A stretch of DNA of 64,000 nucleotides from Amphiscolops sp. MND2022. Its lineage: Eukaryota. Under the pieces are notes generated by a model. That model did no database searches and had not been told where the DNA came from. It saw only the letters and a list, made by a program, of their open reading frames with translations. Within the stretch, counting starts at the first letter, position 1. Each line of letters begins with the position of its first letter. Location of the stretch: the NCBI GenBank assembly GCA_964187785.1, contig OZ076420.1, positions 27,466,001-27,530,000 on the forward strand. Reading direction: 5' to 3'. Made by a program: the position numbers and the translations under genes. Below, piece by piece: positions 12,701-24,249 of the stretch.

Positions 12701-14345
12701 AAGTTACTACAAATCAGGATTTTCAATGTGAAAAAAGTTATTTGGTATGTTTACCGCACACGTTCAAATCCTTTGCACCAAAATAGAAACCAGCAGAAAA
12801 TTCTCTCTGTTGTTTTGTCTTTTTTGATACCCCTAGGGTTTGTGTTGATATTTGCTGTCAGTGGTTGTTTGAAACTGACACACTTTCGGCAGGTGGAAGC
12901 GCTAGCGAGGGACAAACCTGTTCATGATGAAATGGATGAAATGCTACGCTCGTTCAAGGACTGGAATTCTGAGTTCTAACTTGTCTGAACTTCCAAAATG
13001 CAGTATTCGATTTTGCATGAAATTCTAGACTGTTCTCATGACTTTCATGTCTTTGTAGATGCCTCCCATTCAGGAAATCGCACGCTGGCATATCTTCGTT
13101 CAATTCAAAGTGAATCTGTAGTTGTTTGTTCTTTGTTGACAAATGTACGGTGACACCTTTACGTGCATGTACTAATCTCAATCCCAAGCTTGAACTTCAA
13201 GCCCAATTGATTGACTTGCAATTCCGAATGTCTTTTTAGTCCTTTCTTCCTTTCAGAGTCAAATTGTTTCATTTGGAGTAATTGCTCCGCCGCTCCTGAA
13301 TGGACTCCGTTGTCTGACAATGTTTTCCTGTTTTCGTTGTTACTCGTGTGGGGGAAATCATAGGTGGAAGTAGGGTTGAACAATGGAATTTTGTTCCTGG
13401 TCAGAATAATCCTGCTGTGTGGTAACCCGAAACCTCTCTGATTACATGTTCCCTCTATTCTTAAGCTCGATGTGTCAAAGTTGTATGAAAAGCATCATCT
13501 CCTTAATAGTGTCTTCAGTGTTCCCGAAACTTCTGAAAAGTCAAAGCCTAAACAGGTTTTTGGCGAATTGTTTCGAAAGTTTCATCATTCCGCGAACAAG
13601 CGAATAGGTGCTTTCTTTCTCAACGTAAACCCTGATGACCCGAGAAAAGAAAAGTATCCAAACCCTGTTTAGACTGTTGATGACCTCGAAATTGCTGTAG
13701 TGTGTATCTGGTCACAAGCTGACCTCGAGTCAAACTTTATTAAATTTTTACTTTCTTCCCTGATTTTGTTTTTCCCATTAAATTTCAACTGCAATCCACT
13801 TTTTTTGTGATAAAGGTACAATATTTGTTGAGGCTTCCAACGTGATCATGACATTTATCAGAACGTTCTCTGAAGCTATTAAAGTAGGAACGTTTCTCCT
13901 TTTGGAGGTGAATGGGAGTGACTTGTGCGTTCTTGTTAGAAAGCCAAGGTTGCCATCCTTTCGTTCCGTCTGCTGACAGAGGAAACTTCGAGTGCAATCA
14001 AGTTGAGCAAGTTTCGAACGCTCGTCTTCGTTCTTATGCGAGCCGTAACCCAAAAGATTTTGAGGCTCTAACTCCAAACCACTTCCTGCAAGGCCGTGCT
14101 TCGGGTTCTTCACCTGTAGAATCAAGCCAGATGATTTCAATCATACTCGCCAATCGCCTATTATAATCGCCGGTTACATATATGTTTCATTTGAATTCGA
14201 ACAATTCCTAAGTGGTTTTCGGACACCATATGTAACATTTATTTGGATTGTTGATAGCAATTGTCCCAAAGGTCAATGCCTTCTTGCGGGAGTCACCAAA
14301 CTGAACAACGGTGATGACGGCGTGTCTCAATCCACTCTTGTGAAA
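9730..14345 (+). mobile_element. Decayed BEL/Pao LTR retrotransposon internal region (gag-pro-RT-RNaseH-IN)
   Basis: Same gag motifs as the first copy, then GWVLKGQSP, PQWYLSHQPV...NAAAQFLYQSLNEAL (RT start), CDKGTIFVEASN (~SDNGTNFVGA), GGEWE*LVRSC, EALTPNHFLQGR (integrase) and WIVDSNCPKG...GDDGVSQSTLVKT (DUF5641-like C-terminus). No paired LTRs found. Confidence 0.9.
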
Positions 14346-14543
14346 ACTTGGAAATTTTTTTGTTTTGCCCTAAGTCTGCTATAGTACAGTAATTGTGATC
14401 AATAACGGACCCGGGATGTTTTTAATAGCGTAGGTAGTTGGTGTGTGTAATTGATTTTTTCACGAGTCCGGGTCACAACCCATCTTAATACAGTTGACCG
14501 GATAATAGCAAGGTCTATATCGGGTTATAGTCAAAATTATTTC

Positions 14544-14615
14544 AGGTGATGGTGGAATTCGAACCCCCGAAATACGGGACTGCAGTCAGATGGCTTACCA
14601 GTGCACCAAGGTTAG
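14544..14615 (-). pseudogene. tRNA-Cys(GCA)-derived pseudogene or SINE head
   Basis: Minus strand CATCTGACTGCAGTC resembles the tRNA-Cys anticodon arm, followed by B box GGTTCGAATTCC. Stems are degenerate. Confidence 0.6.
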
Positions 14616-15020
14616 CTGAAATAGCTTGATTTAATTCAAATGTAAGGCGATCTGAGGTTGCGTTAACGAAGCGTTGAGCTGTGTGACTTTTAGGAATTGA
14701 AGAGATTAAAAAAACAAGCACCCTTTTAATCAAGCACCCTTTAAAAACAAGGTGCGAACTCGCCTTGCTTCACATACAGAGAATTTCAGTGAGAGACCAC
14801 TCAACCACGGCGACGTGACAAAGTTGGATTTCAGGTTTGATAGTTAGCAGTGCAAAAGACTGCAGATCGTGAGTATTGTATTTTGCAGCGATGATACACA
14901 ATGTGTAAGTGATATTATGGTTTCTGGAATAATTAGCAAATATTTTAGACTGCTGTTTTTTGACAACCTTACTGCTAATCGGGAATTACAGACCGCACTG
15001 AACGTCCTTAAAAACAGTGT

Positions 15021-15422
15021 ATGAGAAATGGCAGTCCAAAAGACAAGGAAAATGTGAAGGTTGCTGTACTCAAGGTGGTCCGAATCAAATCCAGATCACG
15101 CATGTTGGAATTCTTGCAATATTGGGTGGCAGTTGCCGCCGGAAAATACGATGGAATGATTGGGGTGGAGACCTTCTTCTCAACTAATGAGAAAACAGCA
15201 ACAAAAGGAGTTGAAAAAAGCAATGGAGCGATTGAGGCGAATAAACCGACTGAAAGACCGCACTCTTCCCCACTTCGGTCCGAGCTGGTGGAGTGTGTGT
15301 CGTTGTCTGAGGCCCCGAAAAATTTTGGAATAGTTGGTTCCGGGATGACCCGAAAACTTCTGAACATGGCAGGAATTACTGATTGCTTCGTTACCAGCTC
15401 CCCTCGAACTTGCTCTCTCTAA
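15021..15422 (+). CDS. RPS2-like: Highly diverged uS5 (40S ribosomal protein S2)-like ORF, 133 aa
   Basis: Gapless match of KVAVLKV...VAAGKYDGMIG...TATKG to RPS2 KDEVLKI...VAIGDYNGHVG...TAIRG, and of APKNFGIVGSGMTRKLLNMAGITDC to [25 protein letters not shown]. Lacks the N-terminal tail and C-terminal helix. May be a pseudogene. Confidence 0.75.
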   Translation: MRNGSPKDKENVKVAVLKVVRIKSRSRMLEFLQYWVAVAAGKYDGMIGVETFFSTNEKTATKGVEKSNGAIEANKPTERPHSSPLRSELVECVSLSEAPKNFGIVGSGMTRKLLNMAGITDCFVTSSPRTCSL

Positions 15423-15839
15423 GCTTGGTTATCATTAGCTTGACAATGAAAGTGTTTTTGACACGTTTTTAATACTTTTGAACCAAAACAAAACGATTTA
15501 ATTGAGTCAGACGAAAAATGAAACACATAATTTTCCTTTTGACTTTTTTAACAACTGTGTTTGTGACAGGTAAACGTTTGATCATTTCAACGCAGGTCAG
15601 TTACCTTTATTGTGTGTTGGACTAGTGTTGATTGTTGTCGACATCCGGCGAAGAGTCTCGCTTACGATGTACTTAGTACTATGTGCACCCACTGCGGCAA
15701 TGTCAAAACATTCAAAACTAGCCAAACTACCCTCTTAATCCTTTCGATCCTCTCCCGTTCTAGTTCCTTCCATTGACGGAAAAATCTTTGCTCACTGTCT
15801 TCTTTGGTTCCGCCATAAAGTGAGAGACCGTATAACCAA

Positions 15840-16520
15840 AGATAGAATGCATTTATTCCATATATGTGCCTGTGTTTATCAAATCTTAGACGGTTTTGGC
15901 CTACGGTATGCTACTGCATCATGAAAGATAGATTGCATATAACCTATATATGTCCATGTATAGCCAATCTTAGACAATTTTGGGATGTAGTGAGCTACTG
16001 TATAGCCAGAAGTAGACTGCTTATATCCCATAGATGCTTGAGTATATGAAATCTTAGACTGTTTTGACATGTAGTATGCTAGTGTAATGTGAAAGATAGA
16101 CTGAATTGACCCTGTATATCCATGTGAAAATCAAAAATTAAACAGTTTTTTTGGCATGTAGAAAACTACGGTATATTGAAAGAGTGACTGCACATATTCC
16201 ATAAATTCTTGTGTATATCAAATTTTGAACAGTTTTGGCATGTAGTAAGCTACTGTATATTGAAAAACAGACTGCATTTTACCCATATATATGTTTGTGT
16301 ATATCCAATTTTAGCTTGCGTTGGCCTACAATATGCTTCCGTATATCGAAAGATTTGTGATTGTAAATTGTCAATCTTAGACAGGTTTTGCATGTATTAA
16401 GCTACTGTTTTTTGAACTAGTTTTTGCTACTGTTTACATTTGTCACATTTTTGCCGGTTCTAGCATGTAGTATGGTTCTGTATAACGAAAGATTGACTGC
16501 ATGTATGCAATAAATGCTTA
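15840..16520. repeat. Degenerate ~85-bp tandem repeat (about 7-8 units), copy 1
   Basis: AATCTTAGAC-like anchors at 15881, 15965, 16049, 16134, 16220, 16306 and 16372 (spacing 84-86, last 66). Confidence 0.85.
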
Positions 16521-16644
16521 CGATTGATCATTCTTGGATGATTTTGATGTACTGTTCAGTCAGTAAGAAGAAACTGGTTTCGTGCAGAACTATTGAAGCC
16601 TTTCGAAGAATAACATAGCAAACATTACAAGCGTAATTGAGTTT

Positions 16645-17154
16645 TCATAAGCAATGAGGTAGATGAATAATCATCAATTTTCTATTCGCTGTCGTTTTCC
16701 GAATCACTGATTCTGGCCATTTGTTTCGCTTTTGTGGTCCCTCGTTCGTTCCTAAGTCCGCATATAGTTCGATCAGACAGCAAGTTTCCGAGTTTCTGTT
16801 TCTCTCATTCTCGGTATCCTGCGCAACCACTTGAAAAACACTTGAATGGCTGCTTTGGGTGTATGATGATCCCCTTCTTTTATCGTCATCGCAAAAAAGA
16901 ATGAAGTTTTTTATATCAACATATTCCGCTTCGTCAATTTTGAAAGGACTTCGTGATGCAAGTGACTGCTCGTCATCACATTGATCCAAGTCTGCTAAGT
17001 ATTCGTTGAGTTCTTCTTTCGAATAGCTTCTCTGATGCAAGGCAGCGTCCAGCAGTGACCAGTCTATTATCTGATCGTACGTGTTATCAAACCCGTTATG
17101 GGTGCCAGAGCGTTGTTCGTTACTTTCTCGATCATTTATCGGCAATGAGCTCAA
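16645..17154 (-). CDS. Acidic 169-aa ORF immediately downstream of pPolB (possibly a detached PolB C-terminal extension)
   Basis: Open in both copies and D/E-rich (HQRSYSKEELNEYLADLD...PFKIDEAE). Starts about 50 bp after the PolB C-terminal motif. Confidence 0.4.
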   Translation of the reverse strand: MSSLPINDRESNEQRSGTHNGFDNTYDQIIDWSLLDAALHQRSYSKEELNEYLADLDQCDDEQSLASRSPFKIDEAEYVDIKNFILFCDDDKRRGSSYTQSSHSSVFQVVAQDTENERNRNSETCCLIELYADLGTNEGPQKRNKWPESVIRKTTANRKLMIIHLPHCL

Positions 17155-17199
17155 TGACTGAAATTCGCTCCACTAGGACTGAGGGTGTTCAATTTCCTC

Positions 17200-18760
17200 A
17201 CGAATCACCTTCGTCCAGAATGTTTAGAAGAAGAGTTTTGTCCCTGATTGCAGAATGCCCCAGCGGCAAACAGGTAATACCGGCTTCTTGAATATATCGC
17301 TTGTGATCAAAGCAACTCAGAGATACTTTATTGCAGTTGGTGGTTCAATGAGCCAATTCGGGTGTTGAGCGTTTCAAATGATTGACCTGGCATTAGAACC
17401 TGGCGGTACAGTTCTTTCTCGAGTTTTCGTTGAGCGGATTGGGTGACTCCTTTGGCTGAAAGTTTCTGTTTGCCGCCCGAGCAAAAAAAACACTTTTTGG
17501 GCTTCAACCCAATAAACTCTTCACTTGGAACACCCGCAAGTTCATCCTTGATCTTGGGTGTCACTAGTTTTTGCGAATTGAAGTAGAGGCTATGAGAAGG
17601 AAGGTAGTGGGACTCATCAAAGTGATATCGTAGCTGCTCACTGGTCTCAAAAACTTTGTACAAGTACTCCCTTTCTTTTTTCCGTATAGTGAAGATTTCG
17701 AAAATACCAAGCAGCAATCAAAGTTCTTTTTCTCACATTTTATTGAAAGTCGAACATGTAGTACTTTGCCAGATTAAAGATGGTAGCACCCACTGTCGTT
17801 GGTTTGTTCCACGGAACCATTTGTTTTCTCGGGACCAGAGCAGCTAAGTTGCCGTCAAAGATTTTGAACTCTTCGAATGAGTGGTTGGAAAGCCGTTTCT
17901 TCACCTTTTCTTCTGAGCGCACGAGGGGCAGGTTAACTCGCTTCCGTTTATTTTCCAGTGTTTTCCCGAAAAGCTTTTTTTCATGAGCTTTTAAAAACTC
18001 CCTTCAACTTTGTTTTTGGATTCTTGACGCTTCAATGTATTCAGCTGAATGTAAGGTTTCAACCAGCTGTTTTGAAAAAACTGTAGTACTCTATGAAATT
18101 TTGAGACTTTCAAAGCGAGACTGACATTCAACATTGAGCTTGATATAGTGCACTGTACAGTTGGTCTTGACACACAGTGTCTGGACCACTTTCTTTGTTG
18201 TGTTGCGGGAATGTAATGAATTGTTTTTCTTCAAAGTATCCTGTTGCCAAGAACTCAAATCATGCTATGAACTATTCTCCTTCGTTGGTGCTAGCGGAAA
18301 GTCGCGATGTGAATCATGAAGACTTTTGTGATACTCTAGGTCAACTCAAAATATAGCCAGTTGATGACCCGTCCGGAGTGTGTTCAGTATAGGCAGCAAG
18401 TCTGTCTTTTCCGATTCAAAATCATTCAGTGGTAGCGGAAATAGTTCCATTACTCCTCCATAGATGTTGTTGGCGTCTAGCATTATTCCAAAAATATCTT
18501 CTTGAGTTGGATCATAGTGATCGAGTTGTTTGTTTTCACACTTCAAACCCCAGACGAGAAGAGACCTCGAGGCTCTACCCGTCAATTTTTGCAACCAGGG
18601 GTCTTCAGAAGTAGCGCCAAAAATTACCACAACATTTCGACGCCTTACAAATGAGGGGCTTTGAAAATCTCTTCGTGGACCCGTATTCTGTCTGGAAGTT
18701 GCCATCAGAAGAGAAGCAATTCAACCTCAACCCTATTCTAAAACATGTTGTAAATAATTC
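17200..18760 (-). pseudogene. polB: Protein-primed family-B DNA polymerase, C-terminal half, frameshifted (copy 1)
   Basis: IMLDANNIYGGVM (motif A), LKVSKFHRVLQFFQNSWLKPYIQLNT, WNKPTTVGATIFNLAKYYMFDF, KIKDELAG...EEFIGLKPK...AKGV, NKVSLSCFDHKRYIQEAGITCLPLGH. Confidence 0.93.
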
Positions 18761-18989
18761 CCTTTATCTTGTTGAAGTTCGACTTAATTGTGTTTTGTAA
18801 AAATCATTGCATTTGTTTCTACGTTCACTCTTTGGTTTTGTCATATGCTGGACGTTCTTTTTTGATAACTTTCTCTTCCACTCACTTGAAAGTCTAGTCT
18901 TTTCTTTTCTCTGAAAAAAGGTAAACTTCACACTGTTAATTGAGCGTTCCAGCATTGTAGAGCATACATTTTTTTAGGTATCATGCAAT

Positions 18990-19350
18990 GAAAAATGTAT
19001 AAAACGGAAAAGCTCCTTCTTCTCACTTATGTATGCTGTAGCGGGTTTAAAACCACTAAAAACAAAAATAAATATACAGCGTAGTCTGAAGTTATTTTTT
19101 GCAAAGGGACATTGATAAGCTCTCTCACTTCAAAGTCTGCAATTGATGGTCACTGATATGCTTGTAGTAGTGAACAGGTAGCCCGAATAGGTCTGCAAAA
19201 ACTGAGTGATCGTATCTTTTGCGACCGAGTGCCTTTTCGGGTTGCTTTTTCAGAGTGTACAATCAAAAAAGATTGTCTATCAATAGAAAGAAGAAAGTTG
19301 TCTGCTGCTTAGACGCATGCAAATTTGTACTTAAATTTGTACATGCAATA
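18990..19350 (-). pseudogene. Adenain-like cysteine protease remnant (copy 1)
   Basis: KYKFACV*AADNF...FLIVHSEKATRKGT (~GVYASD...IVNTD..G.HW), FADLFGLP (~YFDSFGLP), PLQKITSDY (~QPLQS..S..CG). Confidence 0.7.
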
Positions 19351-19389
19351 TCTACCTCGTCAATCACTTTCAGGCCCAATTCCAGTTGC

Positions 19390-20590
19390 ATTAGGACAAT
19401 TTTTTGAGACTTTCTGCGAATTGATGTAGATAAATGTTAATATCTCCCCCGGGAAAAATACCTCAGTGTTTGCTGCCAAACCTGCTGTAAACCGTAATTC
19501 AACTGTAATTAGTGACCTACGGATACAATATTCATGCGACGCTTGCTGCATACTAGCCAAATGTTGAAAACCATGCAATATTGATCTATAACTTTATTAT
19601 TGGTATTACATGTCCGTGATGACCAAAGGCTAGCGCTTCAAGTGAATTTAGCTTTTGTTTTTTGTTGTCATCAGTTTGAAATGGGGTACCAGCAATATGG
19701 TAACCATTACGATAAATAGTTATTCTTGCAAGATTGAATTTATGAAAATGGAATGGATTGAGAGTTTTGCCACCTAGGAATGCTCTGTTGGTTGTCATTG
19801 CAACGGCAAATCGGCATGTGGGTTCGCCGTTGAAATTGTTTTCTTGATTCCATTTGTTGCTGTTTTGCGGCATCAGAAACGATTCCGGAATCATTTCTGT
19901 ATAGCGATGCATTGCATTGGTTTTTGTAAGAGCGATTTTAATTGCTGTGTGATTTTAACATTCTCTGATACTGACTTTTTGCCCACATGTAAATTGCCTT
20001 GTGTAATTCCAACTTTTCAGTCATTAGCATCATTGTCGTAAATGACGCAAAACTCTGGCCTTGTTGGAAGAAAAGTTAGACGAAGTGTAACTCCACTTAG
20101 CAAATGCTTGTCAGACGTAAAGGAGACAGCGGCTGTTTTTCCAATCAAGGTATTTGTATTTGACGTTCGCGTCTCTTGCTCCCTGCTGGTGAATGCAGCG
20201 CTGATGAGATCAGACGGGTCGTCTTCAAAGTTGTAACTTTGACATTTCAACCAGCTGTCCCTACGTTCTTTGTTTGTTGAGAATTCAGTTTCCAGGAACG
20301 TCTTTGGTGCATAAAATCCGTTGGCAGAGGATATTATCACCTCGTTCGCAACAAAAGTGCAGTCCGGAAAAGAAGAATGTGAAGCATTAATTTACAATTT
20401 TGGTGAATCAGTGTTTGCAGCAATCGTTGCCTAATACTGCAAAGCATTGCGAATTCCAAAGTTGGTCCATTGGTGGCATAGAGAGTTTAAATTTGTTGTT
20501 CAAATGAGGGGTCAAATGTGGTCAAGAGTGGCGCTCCTTCGAAATTGTCTAAAAAACTGTGAGAAGCTTCAACAGATATAACGTTAGGCA
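19390..20590 (-). pseudogene. Major capsid protein (double jelly-roll, hexon-like), frameshifted (copy 1)
   Basis: LYATNGPTLEF, ISSANGFYAPKTFLETEFS...SWLKCQ, RFAVAMTTNRAFLGGKTLNPFHFHKFNLARITIYRNG. Confidence 0.88.
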
Positions 20591-20639
20591 ACATTTCTCA
20601 TTTGTGAAAAGAAATTAGACCGATTTCTCGCTGACTTTA

Positions 20640-20939
20640 TATTCGTTTAAGGACTCGCCAATTTTTGCGTCCTCCAACTTGTTTCTGTTTTGTTTTCCTA
20701 ATGGCTGATTTCTTTGATCATCTAGGAGACTTCGTTTTGGAGACAACATCTACCAATTCAGGTAAAGTGTTTGCTATCAGGTCTCAATTGATTTGACTAG
20801 GAACAGTGGAAACTTTTTCGCGAATGGCAATGCAACCCGACCAACTCCCTCCGCCAATGAACTGATGCCACTTGCACGTTGACTGAGAATTAGAAGTAAA
20901 ATAAGGAAAACCCGCTGGACGGGTTTAATAAGCATTCAT
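20640..20939 (-). pseudogene. Small basic adintovirus core / pX-like protein (copy 1)
   Basis: MNAY*...GFPYF...LPELVDVVSKTKSP...RKTKQKQVGG, lying between penton and MCP. Three internal stops. Confidence 0.6.
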
Positions 20940-20951
20940 TTTCATTTTTTT

Positions 20952-21794
20952 TCAAAATTTTAAAGTCAAAGCAACCCTTCCAGTTACAACAAACGGTACT
21001 CTTTGTCCCTTGACTGATACCAATTTAATTTGAACCTCTTGAGTTGTTGTAGAAATCAACTTTTTGAACTGCAGTTCGGTGAAGATCCGGTGGTCTGTAA
21101 CTGTTGAATTTTTGAGTTTGTCTCCAACCATTCGCCGTGATTTGTCGATAATGCGAAGTAAAGGCGACTTTACACCAACAACGTGTTGTTGTTCAATGAC
21201 GTTCAAGTTTACAAAAAACACGGTCGTGGTAGCTTTAGATCAAGTGGATAGGAGTTTTTGATTGGCTGTTGCATCGTAACCACTTTTAATTTGCTTTCAA
21301 CAAAGAACCCTCCTCGTGTTGTATCTGGTACTCCTTCTATGACCAAGACATCCAAGAGACTCCAATGTCGTACACTTTTACCATATCTATCAACATAGTT
21401 GAGTTTAACGCCATCGCCCTCAAAAAACGTAGATGTAAAACGTTTCCTGATTTCAGTTCCTTTTTCTAGTCTCTCCAGAAAACTTTTGATAGTGATAAAC
21501 TCCCCGCTATAAATTCCGCATTGTCAGATCAATCCTGCTGTCTTACTACTACACCTGCTCTGTCCCCCTTATTGCCATAGGCGCGCTGTGATATCGAGTC
21601 GTAGGAGTGTAAATCACGTAGCCAGTTGTCGTGATGTTTTTTCATTGTTGGGTGAATAATTTCGGCCAACGCGTCTTTCCAATCACCTTCCAAGTTGGAT
21701 GGATGAGCCAGCAAGTTTTCAAAGACGACATCGTGTTATCTTAGTCAATGTTCAGGGAGCCTATTGACTCGGAATAAAAGTCAAACTCATCCAT
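20952..21794 (-). pseudogene. Minor capsid protein (penton) remnant (copy 1)
   Basis: MDEF...NLEGDWKDALAEIIHP (~LEGEWEVALSEISYP) and FFVNLNVIEQQHVVGVKSPLLRIID...TGRVALTLKF. Confidence 0.8.
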
Positions 21795-22200
21795 TTGTCA
21801 TGGTCACTTCTGCCTCGTAAAACTTTCCTAGAATACTTTCACCGTCAGCGACCGTAAAGTTGAATGTGGGTGGATAGAATGTTGCAATGCTTCTGATGGT
21901 AAGTATCTCGTCAGTAAAGTTTTATTTGTGTCATTTTCTGAATGGTAAAAAAATCTTGCTTGGCTTCACGAACCGGGTCTCAATTTTGAAATCGGAATTT
22001 ATGACCAAGTTGGCTGAATTTTCTGCTGCAAGATATCGTGAGTGGGGAACGTGTTTTTAGTAACTACTTTATTATCGACTTTTTTCCTTGACACGTTTGT
22101 CATTTTTGTAGGTTGTCGATACTTTCATATGCAGCACTGCCTTCTGTATAAAATTGTTCAAACACTCTCAAATCATTCTGAGAGACTTTCCCAGCAGCCT
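21790..22200 (-). pseudogene. int: Polinton retroviral-like integrase with the catalytic core deleted (copy 1)
   Basis: N-terminal FYTEGSAAYESIDNLQK...SRKK...SRKFSQL abuts C-terminal RFQN*DPVR...NFTDEILTIRSIATFYPPTF...ILGKFYEAE at ~22000, with no DDE region between them. Confidence 0.75.
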
Positions 22201-22579
22201 TTTTCAGCTTCTTCTTCTTCTTCTTCTTCTTCTCCTTCCGGTCATCAATTTTAACTTTACCATCATCTTCTGGGAAAATTTGTTTATGCTGAAAATTTTG
22301 TCAAAAATCGACTATCACTTTTCCTTCTTTGAGGGTTTGAGCATAGACAAGGATTTAAGTACTCTGGTTTTGATGTCTTCTGACTTTGTTCCATTGTTTA
22401 TTACAGTCTCAGTTTTTTCCATTCACGTTCTTGTTGGAAGATATTCAAACATTGTGCCATTCGGTTGACCCAAAACATCCAATGGTCGCGGTTGTTTCTT
22501 GATGGAAATGTCTTTGGGAGTCAGAAAACATTTTTGAGCAATCATTCTGTCGGATAACAGTGACAGGATTCTCCGATCA

Positions 22580-22890
22580 CTTGCATTTATTTGATTCTCT
22601 TTGCTGTGGGAAGAACTTGTCGTGGCTTCTGTTGGCTTCTTTGATTTGAATGTTTCCATTATTAAGGTTGACAGCGCACTCGCACAGAAACTTGATAAAT
22701 TTGTCAAGGGAGATATGCAAATTTTTTCGCAAATGTTCGCTTTTTTTGTTTTTCTGCAGTAAATACAAGTTATTCCGGTTCAATCGTAAGATGCGTTATT
22801 TGAGCTAATGACGGTGGTATGTAAAGTTCAGTTGGACACCACAATATTGAACCTATTATGCAAAAAAAACACTTTTTCAAGGGTCAAAGT
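22580..22890 (-). pseudogene. Unknown Polinton-associated ORF between ATPase and integrase
   Basis: ORF fragments GSILWCPTELYIP...NGNIQIKEANRSHDKFFPQ, co-oriented within the cassette. 36263-36571 is the second copy. Confidence 0.4.
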
Positions 22891-23426
22891 CAATCATGAA
22901 AGTACCAAAGGTTCATTTATGGCTTTTTTTAGCAATCACGGATGAACTCTGTAATGCCCAACTGTCTTCCAAAAACATCAAATTGCTGAACATCTCGTGG
23001 TGATTTGAGTTGAATATCATCGGTTGTGACCAAACTGTAAGATCAATTTGACCACTTGCTCTAGTGAAACATTTTGTTTGGCAAAAAAGAAAGTCACTTT
23101 TTTATGTCAACCGAAGACTGCAAGTTTCACAAACTCCTTGTCCTGGTAGATCTCTTCGCATGATTCATCAAAAACCAACAATTAATTTTAACGGTTTTTA
23201 ATCATGTCAAGCGTAAGCTGGGCAGGAATTCTATATCTTCGATCTTGTCTTGCATTTGTTTGAACAGTGGTTGGTACTTTTTGTTAAAGAACTTAAGTTT
23301 CCCGAAAGTTGGTTTGAATGTTATGGATAAAGCAAGCATTTTGCAAATCAGTCGAGGTTTACCAGAAATGCTTGGTCCTACCACTGACATGAAGATTCGG
23401 TCGTTTGTGAAAATGATTTTGTTCAT
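22855..23426 (-). pseudogene. FtsK/A32-like packaging ATPase, frameshifted (copy 1)
   Basis: MNKIIFTNDRIFMSVVGPSISGKP (degenerate Walker A), DDSCEEIYQDKEFVKLA (Walker B region) and a GTFMIDFDP C-terminal motif. Confidence 0.85.
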
Positions 23427-23696
23427 AGTTTTGGGTTTGGTAGTGCGTAACCAACTGCTGCAGATAACATGGCCATCCACAATGACATGTCTTCACAGGG
23501 AGGTTCATCAAGTGCAATTTTACCACTTTGTGACTACTATTAAGAAGATTAAAGCTGCGTGGGCAAAAAAAACAACTTTAGATCGTGGTAATGTTATTGA
23601 ATTACAAAATCTCCAAAAGGATTTTTTGCTTGCGCTGTTTTCGATAGTGTCTTCTACGTCTACGCAATCAACTCTATCAACTGCTTGCTCATCCAT
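23423..23696 (-). pseudogene. Small two-TM adintovirus membrane protein (copy 1)
   Basis: MDEQ...LPRSKVVFFAHAALIFLIVV, a frameshift, then LWMAMLSAAVGYALPNPKL*. Its stop overlaps the ATPase ATG (CTATGA). Confidence 0.7.
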
Positions 23697-24249
23697 TTGG
23701 ATAAAATATGATTTTGATTTTAAAATCTTTCTAGTTCTTTCATACATATGCACGTCATACATCACAATTACAAAAATTGTATTTATTGAAAGCATCACTA
23801 GATTTTATCGTTATCCGAAAATCACGAATTTTTCCTCTTCGCATCAGATTGGTACATTGCAATTACTGTTACCCCCATTGTACATCGAATGTCATCTGCA
23901 ATTAGCTTGGGCAGCCCAGTATCCTTTGATCCCGACAAAGGTTTGATTAGCGTTTGTTTTGCTATAGTTATAAGTTGTTGGGCAGTTTGATTGGTTGAAT
24001 ACTCTTTCTTTCCTCGAAGTTTGCAATCGTTGATTTGACATGATGACTAGTAAATGTAGCAATAAAATTGCATACTGTGTCGGTTGACATTAAGGCAGCT
24101 TTCAGACAATTGTATTCTTTTGGAGTCAACTGAAATACAGCTTTCTTGAGAAGGTTACAACCTGCAACCTGGGTTTTTTCTACCTTCACAAGACTAATTT
24201 CAGCGTGTTGTACAAGGCATCACCTCCCACTGATTTGGATGAGCGGTTG

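Larger units (their letters stand above)
16645..24190 (-). mobile_element. Polinton/Maverick (adintovirus-like) endogenous element remnant, copy 1
   Basis: Co-oriented, decayed TM protein, ATPase, integrase, penton, pX-like, MCP, adenain and pPolB genes. No TIRs found. Confidence 0.92.

Noticed and set aside
15840-16520. CRISPR-like array
   Set aside because: Whole units are degenerate copies of each other with no constant repeat and unique spacer pattern. The context is eukaryotic and there are no cas genes.
22207-22235. (CTT)n tract as a poly-Ser/Leu/Arg/Glu coding feature
   Set aside because: Simple microsatellite whose length differs between the two copies. Useful only as a marker to tell them apart.
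23245-23946. 233-aa plus-strand ORF (also 36924-37625) as a membrane protein
   Set aside because: It is the antisense shadow of the Polinton TM and ATPase genes, which carry recognisable motifs on the minus strand.
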